From: Gemmatales bacterium
Lineage (GTDB): Bacteria; Planctomycetota; Planctomycetia; Gemmatales; HRBIN36
Assembly: GCA_041640595.1 (NCBI GenBank)
Contig: JBEPZY010000001.1
Span: 704,001 to 768,000, forward strand
Direction of reading: 5' to 3'
DNA: 64,000 nucleotides
Positions 30,214 to 41,442 of this stretch are shown here, piece by piece; position 1 is the stretch's first letter, and every line of letters starts with the position of its first letter. The notes under the pieces were generated by a model. It had not been told where the DNA came from. It worked only from the letters and a program-made list of their open reading frames with translations, and ran no database searches. A program made the translations under genes and the position numbers.

Positions 30214-31794
30214 ATGGTGGCGCACACGCACCAGGCTTGGCTCGTCGGGCTTCTTGCTTTCGTGGTAACCGGTGGTGTCGTAACAGGTAGTGATCCTGCT
30301 TCATCGCTGTTAGTGCAGCAAGCATTGCGGGAAGCCCGGCTCTGCTTGCAACGCGGCGAAGCGGGCACTGCTGTACGCGTGCTGGAACGTCAGCTACCTC
30401 ATATCAACGGCGATGCGGCGTACCTGGAACTCTTAGGGCAAGCCTACGAAGCCTACCTAATCGAGTTGCACCAGCTAGGCCGCACAGATCTGTTGCCGAC
30501 TTATTTAGACCGACTGGCCATTATCAATCCGTCCCGGGCAGGAAGCCTGCGCGAGCGGTGGCAAGTTTCTCCGGTCAACGAGCTGGCCGCTCATCGCATC
30601 GTGGCACGCGGTCGCATGGATGATGAACCACCCCTTAGTACCGTCCGTTTGGAAGATTTACTATCCTCGGCCGACGACGCCTTCACGCAGGGACATTATC
30701 CCCGAGCGCGACTCCTTTATTGGCGCGCTTATCACAGTGGACAGTCTCTGTCTCTGCTTCAGCGGCAGCGTTGGGCCTACTCCATTCTGCATGAGGTCTA
30801 TACTCGCTTGCAGCAACCAGCTTTGAACAATCCTTACTGGCCCGTCATCTATAGTGAAGCCCGACATGCTTTAGAGCTGGTGCCTGATTGGCCATTCGCC
30901 CAGCAAATTGTCAAGGAAGTAGAGCTAAGGCTTCACGGATACCGGCTTCCTATTCAGCACGAAGCTGCTCGTCGCGGAGAATGGTACGTAAGCCGTTCGA
31001 CACATTTTCGCATCTATCATCAGCAGGCGGGGCTAGCCGAGCGTGTGCTCGTACAGGCTGAACAAACGCTCTATGCAACCACCTGGTTCTGGTTTGGCGA
31101 ACTGGAACCACCGAACTGGACCAATCCATGCGACATTTACCTGCATCCTGATGGCCAGACATTCGCCCGAAGCACGGGTGTCCACCCCACCGCCTGTGGT
31201 TTCTCTACACTCACGCATGATAGCCACACTTCGGGCCGAATCGTCGCCAGACGTATAGACCTCAATGCCCAGGCCCCGGATTTGCTTATCCGCATTGTGC
31301 CACACGAAACGACACACATCGCCCTGGCTGGTCGGTTTGGCGACCGACCTTTGCCACGATGGGCCGATGAAGCACTGGCTATTCTGGCAGAGCCTGCCGA
31401 GTTCCGTCAGCATTACCGCGAGCAAGCACGCCGTGCATGCCAACAGAAGGTCGCTTTACCTATCGAAACGCTCATTACCCTGGAGGATTATCCTGCTCAG
31501 TTCCAACCCACTATCTTTTACGGGCAAAGTTTGCTTCTGATAGAATACTTGCTTCAACATAAAGGCAGGTGGAACTTAGTGCACTTCCTGGCAGAAGTGC
31601 GCCGCCTGGGTTTTGAGCCGGCGCTACGGCAATGTTATGGATTGGCATCCCTGGCAGAACTGGCCGAGAACGCCTGGCAACGCAACTTTTTGCCGCCACA
31701 AAATCAGATTTCTCAATTATCCGCGCCTTTTGCCCCTGGTGTGAATTCGAACGCTAAGTCGCAGACCTTGCATTATGGCTGGAATCGCCGCTAG
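30214..31794 (+). CDS. Secreted TPR-like / MA-clan zinc metallopeptidase-domain protein
   Basis: Signal peptide, helical repeats, HETTH and PRWADEALA motifs. Confidence 0.7.
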   Translation: MVAHTHQAWLVGLLAFVVTGGVVTGSDPASSLLVQQALREARLCLQRGEAGTAVRVLERQLPHINGDAAYLELLGQAYEAYLIELHQLGRTDLLPTYLDRLAIINPSRAGSLRERWQVSPVNELAAHRIVARGRMDDEPPLSTVRLEDLLSSADDAFTQGHYPRARLLYWRAYHSGQSLSLLQRQRWAYSILHEVYTRLQQPALNNPYWPVIYSEARHALELVPDWPFAQQIVKEVELRLHGYRLPIQHEAARRGEWYVSRSTHFRIYHQQAGLAERVLVQAEQTLYATTWFWFGELEPPNWTNPCDIYLHPDGQTFARSTGVHPTACGFSTLTHDSHTSGRIVARRIDLNAQAPDLLIRIVPHETTHIALAGRFGDRPLPRWADEALAILAEPAEFRQHYREQARRACQQKVALPIETLITLEDYPAQFQPTIFYGQSLLLIEYLLQHKGRWNLVHFLAEVRRLGFEPALRQCYGLASLAELAENAWQRNFLPPQNQISQLSAPFAPGVNSNAKSQTLHYGWNRR

Positions 31795-31954
31795 GCTTGC
31801 GTTTAGGCTCACATTTAGAAGGATTACGCAGAAGATGCGAGGCTGTGACCGCTAGCAATTCCCCTAGGCCGATTGGTACCGAGATTGCGACCGATACACG
31901 GCCGGAAAACAAACCCATGTGTGTGCTTTACCAGGTCTAGACCAGGAGGCCCCT

Positions 31955-33232
31955 ATGACCCGTCTGTGCGTTTATGAGGACCCGGTTGTTGACAGCTTAG
32001 ACCCCATCACCTTGACGCGACCCATGACCGAGGTGCTGGTGGGCACCAGTCGAATTCTTGATAAGCTGTTGAAACTTTTTCGGCCAATCTCCTGGGGATT
32101 ATGGGTGCGTCCTCATATAGTGCCGCTGGCGAAATCGTTGTACCCTGACATACCGGTAAACGACCCAGCCTGGCTCAGCGCTGGAGATACCGTCCTGGTC
32201 AATGCTCGCTGGATTCCACCAGAACAGTTAAGGTTAGAACCTTTTTATTCTATGGGTGTTTGTGACAACGTCCCGGTCATATTTCGCCTCGATCGCGATA
32301 TGCTACGCACTGTTGCATACGATTGGCCTTTGCAACTTGATCACCTAAGCTCGGATATGCGGATGCAACCTGTCAGCGGAACGGTTATACATTTTCCCTG
32401 GGAGTTAATCGCGCTCAACGAAAATCTTATAGCAGAAGAGGCGGCACTCTGGTTGCAGAAGGAGAAAAACCATTTTCGCCACGAGGGGATAACCATCCAC
32501 GGCGACCCACTTAAGGTTTATGTTGCCCGGGAAGCGGAACTAGAGCCGCCTATTGTTTTCGATACGCGGCACGGTCCAGTCATAGTGGACCTGGGCGCGC
32601 AGATTCATAGCTTCAGCCGCCTGGAAGGTCCCTGCTATATTGGCCCAGGGTGTATAATCCTTAGTGCTCGTGTTCGTCGCGGTACTAGTATCGGTCCAGG
32701 TTGTCGAGTCGGTGGCGAGGTAGAAGCCACCATCCTTCAGGGCTGGAGTAATAAGTACCATGACGGTTTCATCGGCCATTCCTGGATAGGCGAGTGGGTA
32801 AACATTGCTGCCGGCGTACAAATCAGCGATTTGCGACATGATTACAATCCCGTACCTATAACGCATGGCGGCCAGCGGCATAATAGCGGCATGTTAAAAT
32901 TGGGCGCGCTCATCGGAGACCACACTAAGATCGGCCTAGGTGTCCTCGTGAACACGGGCAGTAAGTTTGGCATTTTCTGCAGCATCTTGCCCTGGGCGGG
33001 TTATGCTCCCAACTTCGTACCTTCTTTTTGCCGATTCACTCGCGGAGAGATACGTTCCTGCGACGACCTCGAAGAGCATTTAACCGTGGCCTCCAGGGTC
33101 ATGCAAAGGCGTGGCCAGGAACTATCGCATGAGCTGGCTGATCTATACCGCCACGTTTACTTACGTTCTGCTTCCGAGCGGCTAAGCTACACTGCGGGAA
33201 CTAGCAAATGGGCGTTGCGCGCTACTGCGTAA
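31955..33232 (+). CDS. Putative sugar nucleotidyltransferase / hexapeptide-repeat protein (GlmU-related)
   Basis: PITLTRP, LVNARW, left-handed beta-helix repeats, NKYHDGFIGHSWIGEWVNI, GDHTK. Confidence 0.85.
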   Translation: MTRLCVYEDPVVDSLDPITLTRPMTEVLVGTSRILDKLLKLFRPISWGLWVRPHIVPLAKSLYPDIPVNDPAWLSAGDTVLVNARWIPPEQLRLEPFYSMGVCDNVPVIFRLDRDMLRTVAYDWPLQLDHLSSDMRMQPVSGTVIHFPWELIALNENLIAEEAALWLQKEKNHFRHEGITIHGDPLKVYVAREAELEPPIVFDTRHGPVIVDLGAQIHSFSRLEGPCYIGPGCIILSARVRRGTSIGPGCRVGGEVEATILQGWSNKYHDGFIGHSWIGEWVNIAAGVQISDLRHDYNPVPITHGGQRHNSGMLKLGALIGDHTKIGLGVLVNTGSKFGIFCSILPWAGYAPNFVPSFCRFTRGEIRSCDDLEEHLTVASRVMQRRGQELSHELADLYRHVYLRSASERLSYTAGTSKWALRATA

Positions 33233-33485
33233 GAGGTCAGCGTATATGGTGTAGTAATTGCCTCTATAGCGCGATCGAGAATCCGCGAGTGTTCAGACCT
33301 AATCCGCAGTTTAGATGCCAGCGGCGCTCCTCTTGTTAGCGCTCCACGAATCCTGGTTGCTTCTATACATTCGAACGAACGGATGTACGCTGTATTTAGC
33401 GATGCTTGCCATTTGCTTTGTTGGTTCATAATCGTCTTTAGAATCAATCAGGTAGGCTCACGGACAAATTGACAGGGAGACATTC

Positions 33486-34367
33486 ATGAAACTGGCCATT
33501 GATTCGTACTGCTATCATCGCTACTTCGGCGAATTTTACGAAGGCCTGCAAGAAGACATTCGAGAACGACGCACTGTCTGGCAAATCTTGGACCGTGCCA
33601 AACGGCTAGGTTGTGCGGGAATTTCCCTCGAATCATGTTACTTGCCAGCGCAGGAACCGCAATTCCGCGAGGAGCTAAAAGGGGCTTTGCAACGTAAGAA
33701 TTTAGAGGTGGTGTGGGCGTGGGGGCATCCTAATGGTTTGTATTCCGGTACGAACGCCGAGGCGGAAGCTGACCTTGTGCGTCACATAGAATATGCCCGG
33801 GAGATAGGTGCCAAAGTGATGCGAATTGTTGGCGGGAGCTGGCGAACGAAGCCACCACGCTGGAACGAACATCGCCGGCTGATGCTTGCAGCGTTGAAAC
33901 GGATCATTCGACACGCTGAACGAGTTGGCGTCGTTTTGGCTCTCGAAAATCATCTCGACATAACTGCCGACCAGTTACGCGAGTTGATGCAAGCGACCAA
34001 CTCACCTTATTTAGGTGTTTGTTTAGATACGGCGAACAATTTGCGGATGTTCGAGTATCCAGTGGAGGTGGCAGAAAAGCTGGCTCCGTGGGTGCGAGCC
34101 ACGCATATCAAGGACGTAACCGCCTACAGGGGTGATCCACGAACGTTTGGCTTCTGGCCCAGCGTACCACTCGGAGAGGGGGCGGTAGAAATTCCGCGAA
34201 TCCTGGAGATATTGCGAAGTGTCGGCTATGCAGGTCTGCTTGCCATCGAGATTGACTTTCTTCATCCTCGCTATAAATCGGAAGATCGTGCAGTAGCTCG
34301 TAGTGTTCGCTACCTAAGTTCCTTATTAACGAGCATGAACATAAACCATCTTAAAAACATGCTGTGA
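33486..34367 (+). CDS. Sugar phosphate isomerase/epimerase (xylose isomerase-like TIM barrel)
   Basis: LALENH, CLDTAN, THIKD, PLGEG, LAIE. Confidence 0.85.
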   Translation: MKLAIDSYCYHRYFGEFYEGLQEDIRERRTVWQILDRAKRLGCAGISLESCYLPAQEPQFREELKGALQRKNLEVVWAWGHPNGLYSGTNAEAEADLVRHIEYAREIGAKVMRIVGGSWRTKPPRWNEHRRLMLAALKRIIRHAERVGVVLALENHLDITADQLRELMQATNSPYLGVCLDTANNLRMFEYPVEVAEKLAPWVRATHIKDVTAYRGDPRTFGFWPSVPLGEGAVEIPRILEILRSVGYAGLLAIEIDFLHPRYKSEDRAVARSVRYLSSLLTSMNINHLKNML

Positions 34368-34403
34368 ATAGCTAAACGGCTAGTGCTGCATGCTCAGTGG
34401 TAT

Positions 34404-36803
34404 CTAGGCAGCAAGATTATCACGGTTGGCGTTAAGGCCGTCGGGCTGCGATAACCCGTCGGCCAACTGAGTAGAGCCATGCTCGCGATTCATCGAAACC
34501 ACCGTGTTGGTGTTATCACTCCATCGGCGACGGTACCACCATAGTAAGGCTGCCGGGACTAGTATGGGGCGAACTACAAACGTTTCAAGCAATACGCCAA
34601 TCGCCAGCGCCAGTCCCAGTTGAGTTAATGTAACCAATTTGCTTAAAATCATCGTGCTAAAAGCCCCGGCCATGATTAGTCCACAGATACTGATAGTTGC
34701 CCCTGTGCGAGCCAAAGCGTGAACAATTCCCTGAACGGCTCCCAGACGGCGTTGCTCTTCACGAATGCGACTCATCAGGAAGATGTTATAGTCTTCGCCG
34801 ATAGCCACCAGAATGACGAAGAGAAAGTAGGGGACTTTCCAATCGGTAACACCGAGTTCCGTACCTAGCCAGAAGGTGCCCAGCCAGCTTACCGCACCTA
34901 GCGTGACGAAATAGTTAAGGAGTACGGTGGCCAACAAATAAATGGCCCAGCCGAGGCTTCGTACCACGGCGATAAGAATGGCTAAAATGCCGAGTAAAAC
35001 CAGTGTATTCACCCGCCAGCGGTCTCGCTCATGCACCTGCGCCAGGTCTGCGGTAAAGGAGGTAATCCCGTAAACCGCAAATCGCACGAACGGGCATTGC
35101 CCGTGGGCAAGGTAATCCTGCAACGTTTGGCGAATTTTCGCTAAAGTGGCAACGCTGGCAGGGGAGAATGGGTCGGAACCTAAAACAATTTCCAGTCGCG
35201 TTACCCATCCCGTGGCATGCCGGCTTAGGTAATAAGAAGTAGCTAACTGAGTGCTGAGCCAATCGAGGCTGTGAGACAGTCCAGGAAGACCAGCCGGGCT
35301 GGCACCAGATGAAGAGGAAACTACCGACCGGCGTCCCAAAGGATGTGCCCAACTGCGAACTTCCAGTACATTGTCTATTCCCGCCAGCACTCCGCTGACC
35401 TTTTGTACAGCCTGCCGCAAAGTTGCGGAGGATGTCTCTTCGGGAGCGATCAGAAGAACGGTGAGTGGCCCGATTTCCCCCGCAGGGAAATGCTGGCGGA
35501 TGATTTCCATACCCTGTCGGCTTTCGGCCTGGGGGCTGAGTTCGGCACAAACGTCCATCGTGGCACGGTTGCAGGCACCGGAGCATGCTAAGGGTACCAG
35601 CACAAAAGTCGTGGCGAGCCAGATGGTTCCCGGTCGAGCCGCGAGTCGTTCACTGATCCATCGCCAAAAGTGCCCAATCGTTTCATGGCTGGGAACCCTG
35701 TGACGCCCGGCGACAACCTCTGGGCGACGCCAGGCAGTCAGGCTCAGCAAACAGCCAGGAGCCAACGTCAGAGCAGCAACCAGGCAGATTGCCAGGCTTA
35801 CAGCAACATACGGACCCACCGCGCTGACACGCGCAAATTCCGCAAAGGCCATCATCGCTAAACCAAAGATCACCACGCCGGCACTGGCAAACAAAGCCCC
35901 GCCCACTCGGCGAAGCGTGACTTCCATAGCCTCGACAGGTGACCGGTAAGTCAGCTCCTCGCGGAAACGGCCCAACAAGAAAAGGCAATAATCGGTGCCG
36001 GCTCCGAACAGCACAACCACCACGAATATCCGCGCTATGTTGATCAGCGGTACGCCGAAAATGGCGGAGATTATTTCCAGGCATTTCAACGATACCCAAA
36101 CGGCTGTGCCAACAGTTAACACTGGTACGAGAGCCATGCTAGGGTCGCGGTAAAGCACCAGCAGCAAGCCTACCACCAGCGCCAACGTGGCCCATGTGGT
36201 AACGTCGAGACTGTGATACATGGCTTCATTTAAATCCCGGCCGAATCCAGCCGTGCCGGTTACCGTAAGCTGGACAGGTGGTTCAGCGGGATAAGCAGCA
36301 TTGTGAGCCTGAACGAGCGTGGCAGTAACCGCTTGCACAGATTGGACGGCTTCGCTGGCACGATCGTGAACAAAAGGCCAATTGACATCCACGATGACCA
36401 GTGTGCATTTTCGATCGGCACTAACCAAGCGCCAGCCAAACCAGGGCGAGTTCCAGGAGCGGATTTTTCCAAGACGAAATTCCGGATGTTGCCGCCGCAA
36501 TTGTTCGATGGCCCTTTCTACGTGTTGCACCAACTGTTGTTCCGATTTTCCCAGGGGAGTATCGCGATGCAGAACCAGGACGATGGAACTTTCAGCGACG
36601 TCTTCATCGAAACACTGACGCAGTAATTGGTACCCCTGAACAGTCGGGCTGTGTTCGGGTAGGAAATCACCGCTGTCCGGGGGCATGTAGGGAGCCAGGC
36701 AGTTCGCCAGCACCGTTACAATTAGGGCCAGAAGTCCCCAGACGGCAACGACTATCCACGGACGGCATAGAAGTGGCCGTAAAAATGTACACGACATATC
36801 CAC
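34404..36803 (-). CDS. MMPL family (RND) transporter
   Basis: FGAGTDYCLFLLGRFREE and AIGEDYNIFLMSRIREE; two TM bundles. Confidence 0.9.
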   Translation of the reverse strand: MDMSCTFLRPLLCRPWIVVAVWGLLALIVTVLANCLAPYMPPDSGDFLPEHSPTVQGYQLLRQCFDEDVAESSIVLVLHRDTPLGKSEQQLVQHVERAIEQLRRQHPEFRLGKIRSWNSPWFGWRLVSADRKCTLVIVDVNWPFVHDRASEAVQSVQAVTATLVQAHNAAYPAEPPVQLTVTGTAGFGRDLNEAMYHSLDVTTWATLALVVGLLLVLYRDPSMALVPVLTVGTAVWVSLKCLEIISAIFGVPLINIARIFVVVVLFGAGTDYCLFLLGRFREELTYRSPVEAMEVTLRRVGGALFASAGVVIFGLAMMAFAEFARVSAVGPYVAVSLAICLVAALTLAPGCLLSLTAWRRPEVVAGRHRVPSHETIGHFWRWISERLAARPGTIWLATTFVLVPLACSGACNRATMDVCAELSPQAESRQGMEIIRQHFPAGEIGPLTVLLIAPEETSSATLRQAVQKVSGVLAGIDNVLEVRSWAHPLGRRSVVSSSSGASPAGLPGLSHSLDWLSTQLATSYYLSRHATGWVTRLEIVLGSDPFSPASVATLAKIRQTLQDYLAHGQCPFVRFAVYGITSFTADLAQVHERDRWRVNTLVLLGILAILIAVVRSLGWAIYLLATVLLNYFVTLGAVSWLGTFWLGTELGVTDWKVPYFLFVILVAIGEDYNIFLMSRIREEQRRLGAVQGIVHALARTGATISICGLIMAGAFSTMILSKLVTLTQLGLALAIGVLLETFVVRPILVPAALLWWYRRRWSDNTNTVVSMNREHGSTQLADGLSQPDGLNANRDNLAA

Positions 36804-37086
36804 TACCAGGCCAATGGAGGTTGTTCCGTAGCGGCTAAATAAGCATTGCGCAGTAGTGCCGTGCTAGCAGCGGGAGGCATTTTGCGGGCTGGCGCATGCG
36901 TTGGGTTCCCTGCTGGTTCGGGCGAATCCACTAAGGGTTTTCAGATGAACCGTTCTTACCTGGAATCCGCAGGCAGGTAAAGAGCGTTTGCCCAAGGGTT
37001 GTTGACATCCTGCAAGCTGGGGAGCAAAACAGGCCGGGTGCCTGGGCGAAACCGGAGGTGCTGCGTACAAATGAAGAGGAATCGAA

Positions 37087-39009
37087 ATGTTCGGATACCA
37101 CGGCCAGTATCTGCGCATTGACGTCAGCACAGAACAAGCGGAATCTGTGCCACTGCGGGAGAGCGTGTTACGGGATTTCCTGGGTGGTGTTGGGCTGGGG
37201 GCATGGTTGTTGCTCCGCGAGTGGCCGGAAGCGTTAGTTCGTTCAGCAAAGGGGCCTGTTCCGTGCGATGAGAGCAGTTGGTATCAGGCTGTGCAAAATG
37301 CCTTGAGCCCATCCGCTCCGTTTATTTGCGCTTTCAGTCCGTTGATAGGTTCGCCGGTGACCACGTCGGCGAAGTTCGCGCTGGTGGCTTGTTCGCCGCT
37401 CACCGGTCGGTTCAACGATGCGCTGTGTGGTTCCCAGTTTGCCCTGGCTGGTAAGCGGACTGGCTACGACGCTCTGGTAATTCGTGGCCGGGCTGCTGAG
37501 CTATCGGTGCTCCTGATTGACGAGAACCAGGTTCGGTTAGTGCCAGCAAAACACCTCGCAGGGCTCACTGCATCCCAGGCGGAACAATTCCTGCGAACCT
37601 GGTTGGGCGAAGACTGGGCATTTTTAGTCATCGGGCCGGCCGGAGAAAATGGCGTTCGTTACGCCGGCGTGAGCCACGGACATCGGCACGCGGGAAGAGG
37701 GGGTTTAGGAGCGGTATTGGGAGCGAAGCGGATCAAGGCAATTGGCGTGCGTGGTCGGCAAAGCGTGCGGTTTGCCCGGCCGCAAGCCCTGGCTGAGTAT
37801 GCACGGGAATTGTCGCGGCGTTCGCTGGGACCAGCCACGGAAAAATACCGCGAACTCGGCACGGTTGCCAATCTATCGGTATTCCACCGTCTAGGAATCC
37901 TCCCCCAACGCAATTTCCAGCACCAACCAGGCAAACGCGAACCGGAGAGTGAGCCAAATCAGGGCGGAACAAGCTACCTTGTAGCTGAATTGCAGCGATT
38001 GCTGCAGGGCGGTGAGAAAAGGATTCGCCAGGGGTGTGTCGCCTGCACGATCGGTTGCGAACACATTTATGCGGGTCCGGAACCAGTGCGGCTGGAGTAT
38101 GAAACGGCGTTTGCCCTGGGGCCGATGTGCGGCCTGTACGATGCCCGGGAAGTTCTGCAGCTCGCCTGGCTCTGCGATGAATTGGGAATGGACACGATTT
38201 CTGCTGGCGGGACACTGGCCTGGGCGATGGCCTGCGCGGAACGCGGCTGGTTGCCGGAAGTGGACTTGCGTTTCGGGGATGCGACGGGGATGCGACGCTG
38301 GCTGATCAAAATCGCCAGGCGTGAAGGTTTCGGAGATTTGCTGGCCGAGGGTAGCCGGCTCGCGGCTGCTCAGCTGGGCAAGGAAGCTCTGGCTATTGCC
38401 ATGCATTGCAAGGGGCTGGAGCTGCCGGGTTATGATGTTCGGCGGCTGCGTCATCTGGCATTAGGTTTAGCCGTTACCGCGCGGGGTGCCGACCATAATC
38501 GCTCCAGCGCCTACGATGCCGACTTTTCCATCGAGGGACAGCGCGACCAACACCCCGAAAGCTGGGCCGCACGCGTGGTCGAATGTGAAGATCAGGCGGC
38601 ATTGTTAGACTCGCTCATCCTTTGCAAGTTTCTCCGCCATGTCATTGCTGATTGGTTCGAGGAAGGAGCACGGATTTTGCAACTGATCACGGGCTGGGAT
38701 GTTTCAGGCAAGGAGTTGCGGCAGACGGCAAAGCGGATTGTTCAGGCCAAAAAGTTGTTCAACCAATGGGTTGGCTGGACGCAGGCAGAAGATATGCTGC
38801 CCGAAATGCTCTTTGCGACCGCGAGCCAGTTCTCGGAGCAGCACGGAGGAATGTTACGCACATCGGAGAGCCCACCGCACTCGGAACATTGCTTGCGACG
38901 CGATGAGTTTCTGCTGGCACGCCAGGCTTATTATCGGTTACGCGGCTGGGATGATGCGGGCCGGCTTGCTGAATCAGATGTGAACAAACTCCTGCAAAGC
39001 CTAGCCTGA
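37087..39009 (+). CDS. aor: Aldehyde:ferredoxin oxidoreductase family (W/Mo-pterin)
   Basis: LGGVGLG, SPLTG, IGPAGEN, AGRGGLGAVLGAK, CVACTIGC, EYET, CDELGMDTIS, RGADH. Confidence 0.9.
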   Translation: MFGYHGQYLRIDVSTEQAESVPLRESVLRDFLGGVGLGAWLLLREWPEALVRSAKGPVPCDESSWYQAVQNALSPSAPFICAFSPLIGSPVTTSAKFALVACSPLTGRFNDALCGSQFALAGKRTGYDALVIRGRAAELSVLLIDENQVRLVPAKHLAGLTASQAEQFLRTWLGEDWAFLVIGPAGENGVRYAGVSHGHRHAGRGGLGAVLGAKRIKAIGVRGRQSVRFARPQALAEYARELSRRSLGPATEKYRELGTVANLSVFHRLGILPQRNFQHQPGKREPESEPNQGGTSYLVAELQRLLQGGEKRIRQGCVACTIGCEHIYAGPEPVRLEYETAFALGPMCGLYDAREVLQLAWLCDELGMDTISAGGTLAWAMACAERGWLPEVDLRFGDATGMRRWLIKIARREGFGDLLAEGSRLAAAQLGKEALAIAMHCKGLELPGYDVRRLRHLALGLAVTARGADHNRSSAYDADFSIEGQRDQHPESWAARVVECEDQAALLDSLILCKFLRHVIADWFEEGARILQLITGWDVSGKELRQTAKRIVQAKKLFNQWVGWTQAEDMLPEMLFATASQFSEQHGGMLRTSESPPHSEHCLRRDEFLLARQAYYRLRGWDDAGRLAESDVNKLLQSLA

Positions 39010-39264
39010 GCCAATGACCGCGATCGAGAGGCTGTTTTGGACAACTCGCGTTGGAAGCATTGCTGGGAAACATCCTGCTGGCTGTGGCTGGCACACAACA
39101 CTTTCAGTCGGCTGGCGGAAGATCGGCCCTGACCTATCCGCACTTTTGGGCCTCGGATAAAAGCGCTCCGAGAAGGGCATTAAGTGCCTCGGCTAGTTGA
39201 CGGCCAGGCATGGCGGTATAGACTTTACCATTCCTTTGCCGCAGGCAAAAACACGGAAACCAAA

Positions 39265-40149
39265 ATGCACGACGCCATTCGCAAAGCCGAAGTCCTGATC
39301 GAAGCGCTGAGCTACATCCGGCAATTTCGCGACCGGATCACTGTCATCAAACTCGGCGGTAGCGCCATGGAAGAAACCGAGGCGCTGCAGGCGACTTTGC
39401 AGGATGTGGTATTTATGGAAACGGTAGGCATGCGTCCGGTGCTGGTACACGGTGGTGGCAAGGCCATTGATCGTGCCATGGCACGCAGCGGACTGACGCC
39501 AAAAAAAGTCCAGGGACGCCGCATCACAGACGAAGCGACCTTGCAGATCGTCGTGCAGGTTTTGCGGGATGAAATCAACACCGACATCGTGCACCGGATT
39601 CAACAACTGGGCGGGCGGGCCATCGGTTTGCACACCGGCTCGATGCGAGCGCTGTATGGAGAACGGCTGCGCTTGCAGGGCGAAAACGGCGAAACTATCG
39701 ATCTGGGTCGAGTTGGCCGGGTGACTCGTGTGGACACCGACCTGATTCGCAACATCTGCTCAGCCGGGGTGGTGCCGGTGATTCCGTCGCTGGCGGTTGG
39801 CGACGATGGCGCCTGGTTGAACGTGAACGCCGACACCGCAGCCGCTGCCGTCGCTGCCCATTTACGTGCTGAGAAACTGGTGTTTCTCACCGACACGCCG
39901 GGCCTGCTTCTCGACCGGAATGATCCCGGTTCGCTGCTGAGCAGCATTACCGCCTCGCAGTGTCGGCAACTGATCCGCGACCGCGTCATTGAGGAAGGCA
40001 TGATCCCGAAAGTCGAAGGTTGCCTCGAAGCTCTGGCTGCCGGTGTGCGTAAAACCCACATTATTGACGGCCGAATCCGTCATTCTTTGCTGCTGGAGAT
40101 TTATACCGACCGGGGTATAGGAACCGAAATCGTGCTGGATCCATCCTGA
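39265..40149 (+). CDS. argB: Acetylglutamate kinase
   Basis: VIKLGGSAM, VHGGG, NVNADT, GMIPKV. Confidence 0.95.
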   Translation: MHDAIRKAEVLIEALSYIRQFRDRITVIKLGGSAMEETEALQATLQDVVFMETVGMRPVLVHGGGKAIDRAMARSGLTPKKVQGRRITDEATLQIVVQVLRDEINTDIVHRIQQLGGRAIGLHTGSMRALYGERLRLQGENGETIDLGRVGRVTRVDTDLIRNICSAGVVPVIPSLAVGDDGAWLNVNADTAAAAVAAHLRAEKLVFLTDTPGLLLDRNDPGSLLSSITASQCRQLIRDRVIEEGMIPKVEGCLEALAAGVRKTHIIDGRIRHSLLLEIYTDRGIGTEIVLDPS

Positions 40150-40195
40150 CGCTGTCAGTGCAATTGGCTATTTGCCACCGAGTGAGGGAACCACC

Positions 40196-41431
40196 ATGGC
40201 TCACAACGGCCATCTGAGTTCGCAACAGGTAATAGAGCTGTTTTCGCGCTATGTCATCGGCAATTATCGGCGTTTTCCGGTGTGCCTGGTGCGTGGCGAG
40301 GGTTCCTACGTCTGGGATGCGGAGGGAAACCGCTACCTGGATTTGTTCCCCGGTTGGGGTTGCAATCTGCTGGGGCACTGTCCGCCACGAGTCGTGCAGG
40401 CAGTGCGGGAGCAGGTAGGCGAATTGATCCATGTCCCCAATACCTGGTACATGGAGGCTCAGGGGTTACTGGCAAAAGCGTTGAGCGAGCGAAGCTTCGG
40501 TGGGCAATGCTTTTTCTGCAACAGCGGTGCAGAAGCCGTGGAAGCGGCGATCAAGCTGGCGCGGTTGCATGGCCGACCCAATCGTTACAAAATCATCGCC
40601 ATGCTCAATAGTTTCCATGGCCGAACCTTCGGAGCGTTGAGCGCCACCGGTCAGCCGAAATATCATCACGGTTTCGAGCCGTTGCTGCCTGGATTTCGGC
40701 ACGTACCGTTTGGGGATGCGGACGCGGTTGCGGAAGCCATTGACGATGAAACTTGCGCCATTCTGGTAGAACCGGTGCAGGGCGAAGGAGGCATTCGCAT
40801 TTCGCCCCCGGACTATTTGCCAGCGTTACGTCAACTGGCCGACCAGCATAATTTGCTCCTCATTTTTGATGAAGTACAAACCGGCTTAGGGCGAACCGGA
40901 AGGTGGTTTGCCTACCAGCACTGGGGCGTGGAGCCGGACGTGATGACGTTGGCGAAAGGACTGGCCGGCGGGCTTGCCGCAGGGGCAGTTATTGCCCGCA
41001 AAGAAGTCGCTGACCGACTGCAACCTGGTATGCACGCAGCCACCTTCGGAGGAAATCCGATTGCCTGTCGGGCCGCTCTGGCTGCTATAGATACGATTGA
41101 AAATGGCGACTTACTGGCTCGAGCCGGGGTGATTGCAGAGCGGTTTCGAGAGCACCTGCTCGACCTGCAACAGCGTTGCCCACTGATACGCGAAGTGCGA
41201 ATCCTGGGGGCGATGATTGGCATCGAGTTGCATGGCGACGGCACCCCGATCGTTCAGGCGTGCCTGGAGAAACGGCTATTGGTCAATTGCACGCAGCAGA
41301 CAGTAATTCGCCTCTTGCCGGCCCTGACCATCACGGACGACGAAATTGACAGGGGATGCGAGATTCTAGCGGATGTTCTAATGAGTGCAGCCCATCAGCC
41401 CGCAGTTGCCACTACTTCCAGTCCAAGGTAG
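40196..41431 (+). CDS. argD: Acetylornithine aminotransferase
   Basis: NSGAEAVEAAIK, FHGRT, EPVQGEGG, DEVQTG, TLAKGL. Confidence 0.93.
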   Translation: MAHNGHLSSQQVIELFSRYVIGNYRRFPVCLVRGEGSYVWDAEGNRYLDLFPGWGCNLLGHCPPRVVQAVREQVGELIHVPNTWYMEAQGLLAKALSERSFGGQCFFCNSGAEAVEAAIKLARLHGRPNRYKIIAMLNSFHGRTFGALSATGQPKYHHGFEPLLPGFRHVPFGDADAVAEAIDDETCAILVEPVQGEGGIRISPPDYLPALRQLADQHNLLLIFDEVQTGLGRTGRWFAYQHWGVEPDVMTLAKGLAGGLAAGAVIARKEVADRLQPGMHAATFGGNPIACRAALAAIDTIENGDLLARAGVIAERFREHLLDLQQRCPLIREVRILGAMIGIELHGDGTPIVQACLEKRLLVNCTQQTVIRLLPALTITDDEIDRGCEILADVLMSAAHQPAVATTSSPR

Positions 41432-41442
41432 GAGAAGTTGCC

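Noticed and set aside
36860..37086. Moco/Tuco riboswitch upstream of aor
   Set aside because: The leader is GC-rich with a GAAA-containing segment, but I could not match the motif by eye; an Rfam cmsearch would be needed.
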